A DNA stretch of 64,000 nucleotides from Lama glama (taxonomy: Eukaryota), in assembly GCA_028534125.1 (NCBI GenBank), contig CM052817.1, positions 107,324,001-107,388,000 on the forward strand. Direction: 5' to 3'. The notes under the pieces are model-generated. The model saw only the letters and a list, made by a program, of their open reading frames with translations, was not told the origin of the DNA and did not search any database. The position numbers and the translations under genes were made by a program. Shown here piece by piece: positions 25,794 through 37,990 of this stretch. Every line of letters starts with the position of its first letter. Positions within the stretch are counted from its first letter, which is position 1.

Positions 25794-28139
25794 CGCGGCG
25801 GCAGGCGCGCGGGGCCGGGGGCGGAGGGGCTGTGCTGGGCGCCGGGGCGGCCGGCCGGTCATATGACGGCGCTGGCCCGCCGCCGCGCGCTGACAGGTCC
25901 CTCCCGCGGGCGGGGGGAGGAGCGCGGGGAGGTGGCGAGCGCGGAGGGAGGGGGGACCCTAGGAGGAGCGGGAGCGCGGCGGGGGGGGAAGCGCGGGGCG
26001 GGGAGCGGGGGGAGGAGAGTAAGGGAGGAGGGAGGAGGAGCCCGGAGAGGGGGAGTGCGGAGGTGAACGGGGGGAGCGCGGTGGGGGGAGGAGACGGGGG
26101 AGGGGAGCGCGGTGGGGTGTGAACGGGGAAGAGCCCGGGGGAAGGAGCGAGGAGAGCGGGCGAGAGGGAGAGCCCGGGGGGAGGGAGGAGCCTGGGGAGG
26201 TTAACAGAGGGGGGATAGTAGGGGAGGGGCCCGCGGTGTGAAACGGGGGGAGCACGAGGTGGAGGGGGGAACGCGGGCGGGGAGAGGGGAGGAGCCTGGG
26301 AGAGGGGGAACGTTGAGGGAGGAGCGCGAGGGGGGTGAAGCAGGGGAGGAGGGAGGAACGCAGAGGGAGGAGCCCGGAGGAGGGGCTGGAGCGGGGGAGG
26401 GGGAGCGCGGGGCGGGGGGCGGAGCGCAGAGGGGAGCGCGGCCGCCATTGGCCCAGTGGCCCCGCCCTGCTCGCGCAACAGGGTGAGGTGCAGGGAGGGC
26501 CCAGCGGCCGGGGCTAACAGGGGCCCCGGGTCCTCGCGGGGGCGGAGGCCTGGGACGCCGGGTGCGGGGGCCCAGAGGCGGGGTGCGTGACTGGGTTGGG
26601 GCGAAGCCCTGGTGAGCGAGGGAGCGGGGGTCGGGGGGCGAGCTGCTTGGAGGGCCGGGAGCCCGGGGGTCAGGCGGCGGGGGGAACGAGGGATCAGAGA
26701 TCGGGGGGCTCGTGGGGACAGGCCTGGGGGACGCAGGGCGCGCGACTGGGCGGGACCGTGGCCCTGGTGGGCGGGGGCCGGGGGCGGAACCCTGTTGGTG
26801 AGGTGGGGCCCTGGGGCGGGGTTGGGACCCAGGCTGGTGGGAGCCAGAGGGTCGCGCTGCTGAAGAGGGGGCTGCCCAGGGGCGCGGCCCGGCTGACAGC
26901 GCGGGGTCCCCGAGACCGCATGGGTCCCAGGACACGGCCAGAGAGCGCAAGGCGGCTCTTTGTTCTCCGGAGACAAAAGCCCCTGCACTTGGTCCCCGCC
27001 TTGGGCAGGTGCGCGGTCTACCTCCTGTGGGGGCGTGCGCTGGGGGCGGGGGGAGGTGAATACAATTGGTTGCTGCCTCGCGGATCGGATGGGACTCCCA
27101 TTGCACCCGAGGTGTTGGCACTTCGGCGGTATCCAAGTTAGATTTCTGCATATGTGCTTTTGTTTAGTTTTTTTGTTTTTTTTTAAATAATTTAAATGTT
27201 TGGTGAATACTTTGTTCGACATCTTGGGCCACCGTCCCACAGTTACGTAGAAAGTTGAACGTGCAATTACAAAACACGTGGAATTTACTACATAGGTTTA
27301 GAAACTAAAGCTACCTTGCAACAAAGGGCTGCTTTCCTAATACGTGTTTAACAGTCAGAACACATCCTAATGTGAGGTCTACGGCAGACTCTTTGGTGCG
27401 GATAGGGAGGAGTTGCCGAATTTTGAGTTCACTTTCCTACCTCCCCCCACCCCGCCCACCCCGGCCTCCGTGAAACTTCGCCGCTCGGTGCAGAAATCTC
27501 CACCTGTGGTGTAGTGGAGCTTAGCACACTAAAAGCAGCTTCTTAACCTTAGTCTTATAACCTTGGCTCTCCAGTTTTTCTGACGTTGGGAAGAGTCCCA
27601 CCTTGGCTCTCCGCATCTCCTGCCTCAGCAGTGGGCAGTGGTTCACCTGGGTTCTCTGAGACTTGTTCAAAGGAGAAATCAAAAAGGCAAATGAATTTAC
27701 ATGAATAGAAATAATAAAAAATATTTCTTCTGGGCCCATTTTCATTTGCATCGTCAATTTTTATTGTGTAGGTTTTGGGCCTCGGTAGGATAGTAACTGC
27801 GAAGTGCTGAAATTCACAAAGGTAAGGGGAAAGTGGTAGAAACCGAAACTCCGTTTATGTTTTTCCTTCAGATTTTTCCTGTTAAAGTGGTGGGTTGTGT
27901 TCGTGCTGGTGCATCCTTTCGCACGATGAAGGGTACACAGGACCCTAATTTGCAACTTTGCTGTTTCTCTCTGTTTACTGGGAGCATGTACCTCAGTAGA
28001 ACTGCCAGTACTGGTCAGTATCCTGTATCTCAGATATTGGTCTCATCTCTTGTGACTTTATTAAGACAAGTCACATTATGGCCAGAAACATACCACCCTC
28101 CCTTACCCCATCTGGTCAGAAATGTCTTTTATGAAGAAA

Positions 28140-28378
28140 CTGAAAAGAAAATAAGTATATGTATGTATATGTATAACTGAGTCACTTCACTGTACACCTG
28201 AAACTAACATTATAAAAACTACACTTCACATTAAAAAAAAAGGGAGGTAGTTAAAGTTCAGTGCTAGAGTGCATGCCTCATGCACGAGGTCCTAGGTTCA
28301 ATCCTCAGGACCTCCATCAAGAAAAAAAAAAGTAAATAAATGAATCTAATTACCTCCTCCCGAAAAAAGGAAAAAAAT
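28140..28378 (+). mobile_element. L1 3' terminus followed directly by a tRNA-derived SINE
   Basis: TATAACTGAGTCACTTCACTGTACACCTGAAACTAAC...A-tail, then GGGAGG...GAGGTCCTAGGTTCAATCC...CTAATTACCTCCTCCC. Confidence 0.8.
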
Positions 28379-30936
28379 CTATACAAGACTTCTGGAAAGC
28401 TGTAGAAGTCAATTGTTATATAAATGTTTTAAAAAAACAACAAAAAAAGAAATGTCTTTTATTCTTCATACTAAAACCTGCATATTCTTGATGTGCCTAG
28501 TGCCTTTTGTAACTGCGTACTGGAGAGAAATTTGGCATGGTGTCCTCACCTCCAGGGGCTGTTCCTGTCCCAGCCAGTCCAGGTGTACAGAATCATCCAA
28601 AAGAGGAGATGAAAAAAATCAGGCAGCCAGCACCCTCCATTTTGGACCTGACTGGGCAGCTATAAAGGAAAAGTGTGGTTTTAATTTTAAAACTATTAAT
28701 GACAACACTTCATTTAGGAGAGAAAAAAGGAACCGAAATGGTCCCCCATCTCCCTTTTCTCACTGTGCTTCCTCTCAGCACCACGTTCTTCCTCATCCTG
28801 ATTCTGGCCACACCTCTCTTGCTTTGGATTTTGAAGCATCACAAAAATCCTAACCAACCAAGTTCTGGGAGGCAGCTAAGCTCCAGACAGCTCTCGCACC
28901 GCAGTTTCATTCTCTCTCTTTTTGGCTGTTCAGGCCTCTTCAGACATCCCATCTCTCACCTGTGACCGGTTGGTCACTGCCTCATCCCTGAGGCTTGTCA
29001 CAGTCCCAGTCTCCAGCACTAATTGGTCCATACATCTCATCCACTTCATTCCACTCACTGCATCTTGGAAAATATACTAGCTGCTGCTCCTATAGGCAGC
29101 CGTCCAGAGGAGGAGGGAGTCAAACAATATCCTGGAAGTCTGGAGGTGCAGAACAGCACCAAGATGGCGAAGGAGGAATTGAAAAACGGCTGGCTGACTT
29201 ACCCGGTTCCATTCGAAGCGCTGGTCAGAGTTCCCTCCAATCAGTGTGTATCCTGTAAATTGCTTTAGGAGTTTTGCGTCCACAATTAGACTGTCGTGGG
29301 CGCTATTGCCCCGTAACCCCCTTCCTCCCAACAGAACCCCAGTTTTATTCAGGTGTCCATCCCTCCCCCAGGCCAGCGTGCCTCAGGACAGACCGACACT
29401 ATCTCAACCTCTGGAGAAGAAGCCATTCTGGAAGATGGTTCCTCACTCTAGAAAGAGGTATAAGGAGAGATGCGGGGTTTTTCCCTTCCCTTTGGACGCT
29501 GTACGTTTACGTGTAATGCCATTGACTATCTTGCTATCAGTGTGAGCATGAAACCAGCTGTGCCCCTTCATAACATAACTGAACCACAATCCCTCCTCCC
29601 CGAGCTGACCTTCCCCCTTTGATGAGATTATATTTCTATCATCTGAAGCCAAAAGCAGTGTCCAAGAGAGGGTCCTGTTTTCTGTCCTCAATAGCTTATT
29701 ATTTGAGACAGATACACCCTACCTGCTTAACCCACAGTACACCAGAGAAAACAGTTGTCACCAATGGCCCTGCTCTATTTTTTCACATTTTTACATCATT
29801 TTGCAAATCGTTTACAAGAGGCAAAAATAAAGGAATAGTGAAAAATAATTTTAAATGAATTTCAATAAGAATTCAAACAAACTCAATTTTTATTCCTTAT
29901 TTTCCTACATTTGAAGGAATATTACCCTAATGGACGATGTCCCTTGAACAACTCGATCAACATATATGAACCCAGAACACAATCATCTCATAAATATTAA
30001 CACCAGATTTCAAAAACATCTCTAATAGTTTTCTATCTTATTAATAGGTTTCTATCTTATTTTTCAGCAACACTTCTGAAAACTTAGATGGCTTGTAATT
30101 TTGTTGAAGGGAGGATAATTATCTTCTCAGCTGCAAAATATTTTCATTTTTAGATTTATAAACACCAGCTGGAATTAGCAATTCACACCTTAAACTTACC
30201 CAATGTTATATGTCAATTGTATCTCAGTAAATCTGGGGGACAGGTAGAATCAGCAATTCGATGGATTCTTTTCATCTCTACCTCATGCATTTCTTTCCAG
30301 TCTCCTTTGTGTATACATTGCTTTTAGCATTTGTTGACTGACAACTGCAGCAAGTATATTTGATGTAAAACATCATAAAAGATAACGGAATACATCACAC
30401 ATCCTTTTAGCGTAGCCCAGGTTCTTGTTGTAATACATTGAATAATGAAATTGTTCCTGTTGAACGGCTAACTGGATAATAATCCCACGTTTCCTTTTCA
30501 TCTTTAAATATATATTGTTAAATCGATGATTTTTTTTTTGCTGTTTCAAACCTGATTTTTATTTATTTAAAAAATGTTTTTTAATTGAAGTATAGTCAGT
30601 TTACAATGTTGTGCTAATTTCTGGTGTACAGCATAGTAGTGATTCAGTTAAAAGTTCAGTTAAACTTTTCTTGAGTTTGAGAAAATTTATCTAGGGCAGC
30701 ATCAGCTAAAGACTCATTGCCTGCAGTTTCACTTCTCTGATAAATTCCATCATTAAAGTCTGGAGTGCTTCTGTCTCTATGTTTGCATTTATCATCTGAG
30801 TTTTCTAATAATTTGAAGTGTTTTTCTCTATCAGTTTTCTTTTTTCTTTGCTATTATGAGGAGAAAATGAAATTTCTGAATCCTGAATTCTCACCAGTGA
30901 TTGATAGAAGCTTTAGTTTAAAAACTACAAAGAGTA

Positions 30937-31030
30937 GGGGAGGGTATAGGTCAGCGACAGAGCGTGTGCTTAGCATGCAGGAGGTCCTGTGTTCAATCCC
31001 CAGTGCCTCCATCAAAAAATAAATAAAAAA
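30937..31030 (+). mobile_element. tRNA-derived SINE (Vic-1 type)
   Basis: GGGGAGGGTATAGGTCAG...GTCCTGTGTTCAATCCCCAG; TSD TAAAAA(C/G)TACAA. Confidence 0.88.
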
Positions 31031-31619
31031 TAAAAAGTACAAGGACACTGTGTCCAGTATCTTTTTTTTCTCCTATACTGTCTTAAAAGATGATGCAGGA
31101 CTTTGGGCAATACAATAAGGTACTAAAAGGATGATGTAATAATGAGGACTTGTTTTACTATTGAGCCAGCCTTCTAGGTGATTCAGAGTCTTTTGTTTTC
31201 TTATTATCTTTGTCTTTTCTAGCATAGTTGGAAATAATTGTTGAGTAATATTGAAATAATTCCTAGGATAATGATATAGTAAAATGTTTAAAGCTGGAGG
31301 AAATTAAGATCACGTAAGTTATGAAAGGGTCTAATTGACCCATATGGTAATTGCAGGACAGAACGAGTCTTTTTACATTTTTAATCAGTAGAGTCACTTT
31401 TTGTTCTTTGGATAATATAAGTCTAAGAAAGAATGACAGTCGTGAAATATCTATCCCAACAAATAGTTAGAACCTCTCAGAAAAGAAACTCAAAATCTAA
31501 AATTGGATTCAGTGGACTCTGATGTCACAGGGTTGCTCCACTGTAAACTGAGTCTCTGGCATTTGCAACAGAACACTTGATAATCTCGTCATAGCAAGCG
31601 GTGACTTCCCTGGTGTGGA

Positions 31620-32850
31620 AATCAAGACACTCCCCTGTCTTTGCAGTTGATACAGTTGACCACTTCTTCCTTTTTGAAACCCCCCCTCATTGCTGCTGTA
31701 GACCTCTTCTGGTGTTATACATCCCTCCTAGCTGCTCCTGCAGTCTCCTCTGGAGGCTCCTCCTTCCCCATCCTTTAAAGCATGAGATTCCTCAGGGTTT
31801 CTCTTCCGTCTCGGCCAGAGTACTCCTCCCCTCATCCATGCCCCTCCTCTCCCTTCCTGGGACTCTGAATGCCACCTATACGTTGACGACACCCAGCCTT
31901 TTAGCTCTGATCTTGACCTCTTCTTGGTTTTTACAACCAGCTATCTACCCCATGTGTCCAGTTGGATATTTTACAGGCATCCCATACCCAACTCTTAATC
32001 TTTGCTTCTTCCAAATCCTGCTTCTCTTGCACCTTCCTCTTCTCAGAACGCAGTGCCTCCCTCTACATGTTTGTTTAAAACAGAAACTTGGGGAGCGGTC
32101 TTGACCCTCTCTCCTCATCATCAAGACATTTCCCACATCCGTCCCCCTCCCTCTCAGCTGCCGCTGTCACCCTGTACCAGCCATCAGTATCCCCTGCCTG
32201 GACTTCTGCTGTGAATTGATCTCTTTCTCGCCCCATTGCCAGCCTACTCTATGTGTGCTACCATAAAGATCGATCCAAGATGTGAGTTGTTTTGTGTCAC
32301 TTCCTTGATCAGAACACTTTAATGGCGTCCCACTGCATGTGGTGCCACCCAGAACCTTTAGTGTGGCCGACAGAGGCTGTTTGCATCCCTCCCTCCGGAT
32401 TCATAGCCCCCCACACTTCCACTCCCTGGCTGTCCTCCAGCCTCAATGGTGTGCTTTCACTTCTACTGGGACTCCTCTTCCAGAGAGACCCCCACCCATC
32501 CCACAGCTCTTTGTCTCATTAACCCTTATTAATCTTTCCCTTTTCAACTGAAAATCACCACTTCACACCTTGACTGCCTGACTCTTCCGATCTCCATTCT
32601 TCATTAAGGACCCTACCTCCCTCCAGTGTTTCTGTTACAGCACCCTTTTCTAGTTCTTTAAAGCACTTACCATAATTTATAATTAACCAATAAATGAGTG
32701 TGTATCACCTTTGCCTCCCACTAGACATATATATTCTTGTAGGTCCAGGACTCTGTTGGTCTTGTCGATTAATATGCCAGGCACGTGGTATCCTCTCAAA
32801 TGTATATTTGTTGAGCGAATGAATGAATGAGTCAGTGAATGAATGAAGTT
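31620..32850 (+). mobile_element. Degenerate L2 LINE fragments
   Basis: Pyrimidine-rich L2-like text ending in the typical TTTGTTGAGCGAATGAATGAATGA tail. Confidence 0.65.
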
Positions 32851-33204
32851 CACAGTCCTTGCTGCAAGTAAGCTCTAGATCACAACATCATTCTCTGTAG
32901 TAATCACTAGCTAAGTAAGACTTCCTGAACTTTCCCCACATATTTACTCTGGGAGAAAGAAGGGGTCACTGCTGGCCAGTGTGAGTCCCCATTAGGAAAC
33001 TGACCCTCTGTGGGGCTCAGACTTTTGCTCCAAATTTTCTGGTTTCACCCTGAAGCCCTTTTGCCCCGGCATCACCTAACTGGCTTTGCACAGAGTCCTG
33101 GTGTGAATTTTGTCTTTCTGAACCACCTAACACTCAGTAGTACCAGCTGCTTTTTCTCCCATCAACCCCTGACACCAAATCCCCCTCCTGAGACAAAGTG
33201 CACT

Positions 33205-33690
33205 CTGTCAGTTAGGATGCCTTTTGTTGCAAGGAATAGAAGCTTGAACCCAAACTGGTAGACAGTAAAGATACTTTCTGTCGTAAAACAAAAGATCCAA
33301 AGGTAAAACAGGGTCCAAGCGGGGTATGTCAGGGCTCCGGTTCTGCTGCCCTGGGTTTCTCCTGGCTCTGTGGGGCCTGTGTGGTGGATTCTCCTTCAGT
33401 CTGGTAGCAGGATGATCACCACGTGCCTGGAATTATGTGCAGAGGCAACAGTGTCCAACAGAAGATGGGAGCGGTGTCTCCCCTAGTGTCATAATTTCTC
33501 AGAAGCTCTGCAGCGTTTAATCTCTGTCGAGGGAAACATGGTGTTGCTGTGACTGGCTTTGACCGATGGGGCTCTTTCCTGGATCCCACGAAGGAGGGGT
33601 GGTCCCCAGAACAAAGTTGAGGCTCTCACAAAGAGAGGAAGGGAGTGGGGAGGGTGATCATTGGGTAAGCAATCAAGAATGTTGGCCATA
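33205..33690. mobile_element. MaLR (MLT1-like) solo LTR, degenerate
   Basis: TGTCAGTTAGGATGCCTTTTGTTGCAAGGAATAGAAG...CCCAAACTGG resembles a recalled MLT1/ERVL-MaLR terminus. Confidence 0.55.
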
Positions 33691-34898
33691 TGTAGATTAA
33701 CTTATAAATTATAAAATGCTGACAGCTAAGTTTTCTCCAAATATTTTTCAAGAACCCTGTGCCATGACTCTGGAATCTTGCTTAGACTGGAGGGGACAGA
33801 GGAGGATGGGTTTTTGCATTTCCAGCTCCGTGCATAGATTCTGTGGGATAAGAAGTGCCGGGTATGTAGGTTTTTTTGAACAAATTAAATGTGAAAATGT
33901 TGATAGGCTACTGTTTCTTCTCAGCTTAAAAAGATTACCGACAAGACACTTCCTTCTTCTGAACTTTAAAAAAATACTTTCTTTTCCGGTAGTATTTACC
34001 TATTTATTAATGCCTCCGAGGTAAATATAGTGATGTCTCCATCCCGCAACCTGTGGAAATAGCTACAGTTAACGCGCTTGTGATCTTTCTTCCTTCTTTC
34101 CTTTTTCTTTCTTTTTCTTTTTTGTTCATTTGTTTGACAGGGATTTTCATTCTGGGGCCTGATGACTGCCTAAGTCAATAGTTCAACAAACATCATCGTT
34201 TGTTGTTCTTAAATCATTAATTCTACATAAATTCATCTAGTTTATGTATTTAGCCAGTAGTCACCCAGTATTCCAACACCACTGTGCTCTAGCCAGTGAC
34301 CCTGAAGTGTTTGTTGCACACGAGTTACTGTGGAATTCTGCTTAAAATCGTGATTGGCCCACAGGCATTCTGCCCCATCCCCCACCTCTTCAAAGACCAC
34401 AAAAATAACAGCAGAGCAATAAAAAAAAGAAGGCGTTGGCCTACAAGGAACAAACAAAAAGGGAGAGGGAGACAGAGAATTTGAGGTTTCCGCAAATGTT
34501 TGGCCAAGGACAAGTGCTTGGAAGTTGGAAAGTGGATGAAGGAGGGGTAAGTAATTGATCAAAGAGGAGAAGTTCAAAACCCAAGGATGAAGATGAGGAC
34601 CAGTTCCCCTCAGAGACTCTCTACGGCTTTGCCATACAGGAGGGAAAGGTCTGCACATGAAGTAGTCAGACCCCAGGTCCCTCCTGTCCTCACTCACACT
34701 GTCCCTGTGTGGGCCAGAAGGGGACTGGGCGAGTGCCCAGCTCCCAGCGAGGGGAGGGCAGCCGAGAATAGCTCTGCAGACAGCTGTGATGGTAGGAGCC
34801 CCATGGATGCTGGTTTACCACTGGAGTATCTACTCATGGATTCCACAAATCAGCTCTCCACACAGAGCCTCTCATCACACGTTGAGAGTCTCATTCTT

Positions 34899-35040
34899 TT
34901 GGGGGGGTAATTAAGTTTATTTATTATTATTGTTATTATTACTATTATTATTATTTTAAACAGAGGTCCTGGGAATTGAACTCAGGACCACATGCATGCT
35001 AAGCACACACTCTACCACTGAGCTACACCCTCCCCCCTCC
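34899..35040 (-). mobile_element. tRNA-derived SINE (Vic-1 type)
   Basis: SINE body with a (TTA)n-expanded tail; TSD AGAGTCT(C/G)ATTCTT. Confidence 0.88.
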
Positions 35041-35059
35041 CAAGAGTCTGATTCTTAAA

Positions 35060-36420
35060 TATGAAGGGCAATCCAAGAACAACTCAGTATTTGATGAACA
35101 CCTCACATGGAAAGGAAAATGCACACAGAGCTGAAAGGGATCTGGGGTGAACACAGACCATGCAGGGAGAAAGGGACTTCAGAAACTGGAATTGATTAGT
35201 CTAAACAAAAATAAGAGATGAAAAAAGAAAACACAACAAGAAAGTACCCTTGAAAATTCAATATATGATGATGTAAATAAAATACTCAGTTTTTAAAAAG
35301 TGAAGGATAAAATTGGGAAGAATGGAAAATTGAAGAGGAAAGGTGGAACATTAGAGAATCCATCCATGGACTTCCCAAGAGGACTGTCAGAAAGGAGATC
35401 AGCAAAGACAGGGGAACATATCACCAAAGAAACAACAGAAGAAAATCTCCCGGGACTGAGGATATGAGTCCTCGTGTTGGTAGGGCTCACCCAGAAGAAT
35501 ACATTTTCTTCATCTACTTCAGGGCACAGCATCATTAAATTTCAGAACATCTTGTGTAAAGAAAAAGTTATAAGACCTTTCAGAGAAGAAAGCAGTTCAC
35601 AAAAACCAAACAGAACTCAGAAAATCATCAGAGTCATTGCCAGCTGGTCTTGGTGAAGGGAGACTAGGGGGCATACCTAAACATAAACAGGTGGAGAGAA
35701 AACTATTTTAGCCTAGGATCCTTCCCCAAACCAAACTACACATCACGTCACGTAGAATACACACACTTTGAGACACATAAGGTCTCAGACATCATACCTC
35801 CATCCTTTCTTAGGCAGCTGGGAGATACATGTTAGCAAAATAGAGGATGAAAACAAGAAAAGGGAGGATGGGGCAGGAAGATCCTAGAAAGAAAAGCAGC
35901 AAGGTGGCAGGAAGGGGCAGCCCAGGGCCTCTGCAAAACAGCCAGGCCAGGGAAGGAGAAGTGGTGGGCTCCTGAGGCTTCAAGAAAGATGCACTGTAAG
36001 TATGGGAGCATAAAGAGGATACAGCAGAGATGCTAGAACCCTGGGAAAAGATTAGCATTAGGTAGCTGGGAAACCAAACAGGTGATGAAGTGAGGCAATG
36101 ATTAACTTCAGGGAAAAAAAGAGAAAGCTTGCACAGGGAAAGAAAAAGTGTGCTTTCAGCACATTACTTGGCTCAGGGACCAATATTTATTACATCGTCT
36201 CTCTAACGTAATGTGGGCTATTGATTTAACAAAAATTACACATAGTTATATATGGGGAGGGAATAAGAAAAAATGGAGTTGGGGGAGGGGAGCAATGATC
36301 TCGTATTTATTCACAATGGCAGGAAGTCAAGAGACAGGACTGAAATTGGCAAACCAAGAAATCGTGACATATGCATGTAATTTTTAAAAAATATATGGAG
36401 GAAAATGACGGTGAAACTAG
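35060..36420 (+). mobile_element. Ancient L1/HAL1-like fragments
   Basis: A-rich, ORF1-like degenerate sequence (e.g. AAAGAAACAACAGAAGAAAATCTCCCGGGACTGAGG). Confidence 0.5.
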
Positions 36421-36549
36421 CTAGAAAAGTTGAGGGTGGGAACCTGTAGGGCTGGGGTGGGGTGGGAATGGGTGGAGCAGGAGACTGCTGGGTTTTTTTT
36501 TTAAGACTTTTAGTACTATTTGACTTTTAAAGTGATACACGTGGATATG

Positions 36550-36552
<3 letters not shown>

Positions 36553-36592
<40 letters not shown>
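36553..36592 (+). repeat. (GT)20 microsatellite
   Basis: Direct count. Confidence 0.97.
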
Positions 36593-36596
<4 letters not shown>

Positions 36597-37769
36597 CTTT
36601 GATTAAAAAAAGTTTATTTTTAAATTGTCTCACTTATGGGCATTGTTAAAAGTCCTCTTTCTGGGCCTGATTCTATGAGATTCCAATCTAGTAAGAATAG
36701 GACTCAGGAAATGAACATGAAATAGAACCTCAAGAAATCTGGATGCAGACGGCTCACGGACAACGCTTGGAGACACATCACACAGATCCCCTGAAATTCT
36801 GTGCAGAGTTTTGCGAGAATGTGCAGTCTTTCAGAAAAAGTCTATACTTTCCTGATTTTCACTGATGCCCCCAAGCCCAAATGAGTTCAAACATTGTTTT
36901 TCTAGCTCTGCCTTCCTTCCAAGAATAAATGAGATTCTGCTAATTATTTAAGGTCAGACGCAGACCTAATTGTTGTTGTAGTGGGTTAAGCACTTTATAA
37001 AGCTCATTGACTGTATAGACGGGAAAGCACTGGCTAAATTTTCAGTCCACTGTTGAGTACATTACAAGGAGAATACCACAGCGTGATCACTGCAGTGCAC
37101 TGGATATAAACCCAGTGGTTTGAAGAAGTCAGTGTGGATTTGCTGGCATCTACCAGCGATGTCGACCAAGCCTAGAGTTCAGTTTCATTCGGTTGGAAAA
37201 AACATCTGTATGTTGTCATTCAATGGTATCTTTATATAACAGTGCCCGAGTCCAACTGGAAAATTTAATATGCGTATTTTGACAACCTTGTATTTTTATT
37301 CAACATTTTAGTAATTTTACAGTGTCAGCTGGCCTTCCTCAAATTTCTTTACCCTTTCAATTTTTTAAAAATTGCTTTTGTCTTTATAAAACATGACAGG
37401 AGTTCACGACTTGTCATTTGGGTTAAACTAGACAGCAAAATATGGTTTCAGATTAATTGCTGGAAGGAATTAAATTTTGATTCATCTGTTTTCTTTAAAT
37501 CTTACACATTAAAATGTTAGAGAAATTACTTTTTTTATTTTGGTGACTATAAAAAGTCTAAAATATTTTTAAAAGATGCATCGCATAGACCAGTACAAAC
37601 CAGTAGCCAATAAATTAATGTTTGTTGAATGAATAATAACATATAATGTGGTAATTATTAGTTATTTAAGCAGATTGCACACTAATTTGCATATCAAAGT
37701 TCCTTATTAATAGATCGATGATATTCTTAGGTGCAGTACACTATTTCTTAAAAATAATAGCAAGTTCAT

Positions 37770-37990
37770 CTGTAACACTTATTCTGTCCCAGACCTTGTT
37801 CTAAGCATTTTCCTGCTATTCTCTCATTTAACCCTGGCAACAACCCTATGAGGGAAGTAATATGATTACTCCCATTTTATAGATGAGAAAACTGATACCC
37901 AACGTTAAGTAGCTGCCACCACCTAGTGAACAGCCGAGTGATGAAACCATCAGTCTGGCCCAGAACCATACCCTTTTAACTGCTGTGCTA
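37770..37990. mobile_element. MIR SINE
   Basis: MIR core CAACAACCCTATGAGG...CCCATTTTATAGATGAGAAAACTGA. Confidence 0.85.

Larger units (their letters stand above)
25150..27150. promoter_or_regulatory. CpG island / FNIP2 promoter
   Basis: Very GC- and CpG-dense 2 kb spanning exon 1. GC boxes at 26409-26416 and 26460-26467; CCAAT on the minus strand (ATTGG at 26447-26451). Confidence 0.9.

Noticed and set aside
25135..27240. 701-aa Pro/Ala/Arg-rich minus-strand ORF and overlapping long ORFs
   Set aside because: Stop-codon depletion in the CpG island; low-complexity, out of frame with FNIP2, and no recognisable domain.
37070..37200. Possible snoRNA/miRNA-like segment with short palindromes
   Set aside because: No convincing box C/D or H/ACA architecture or long stem by eye.
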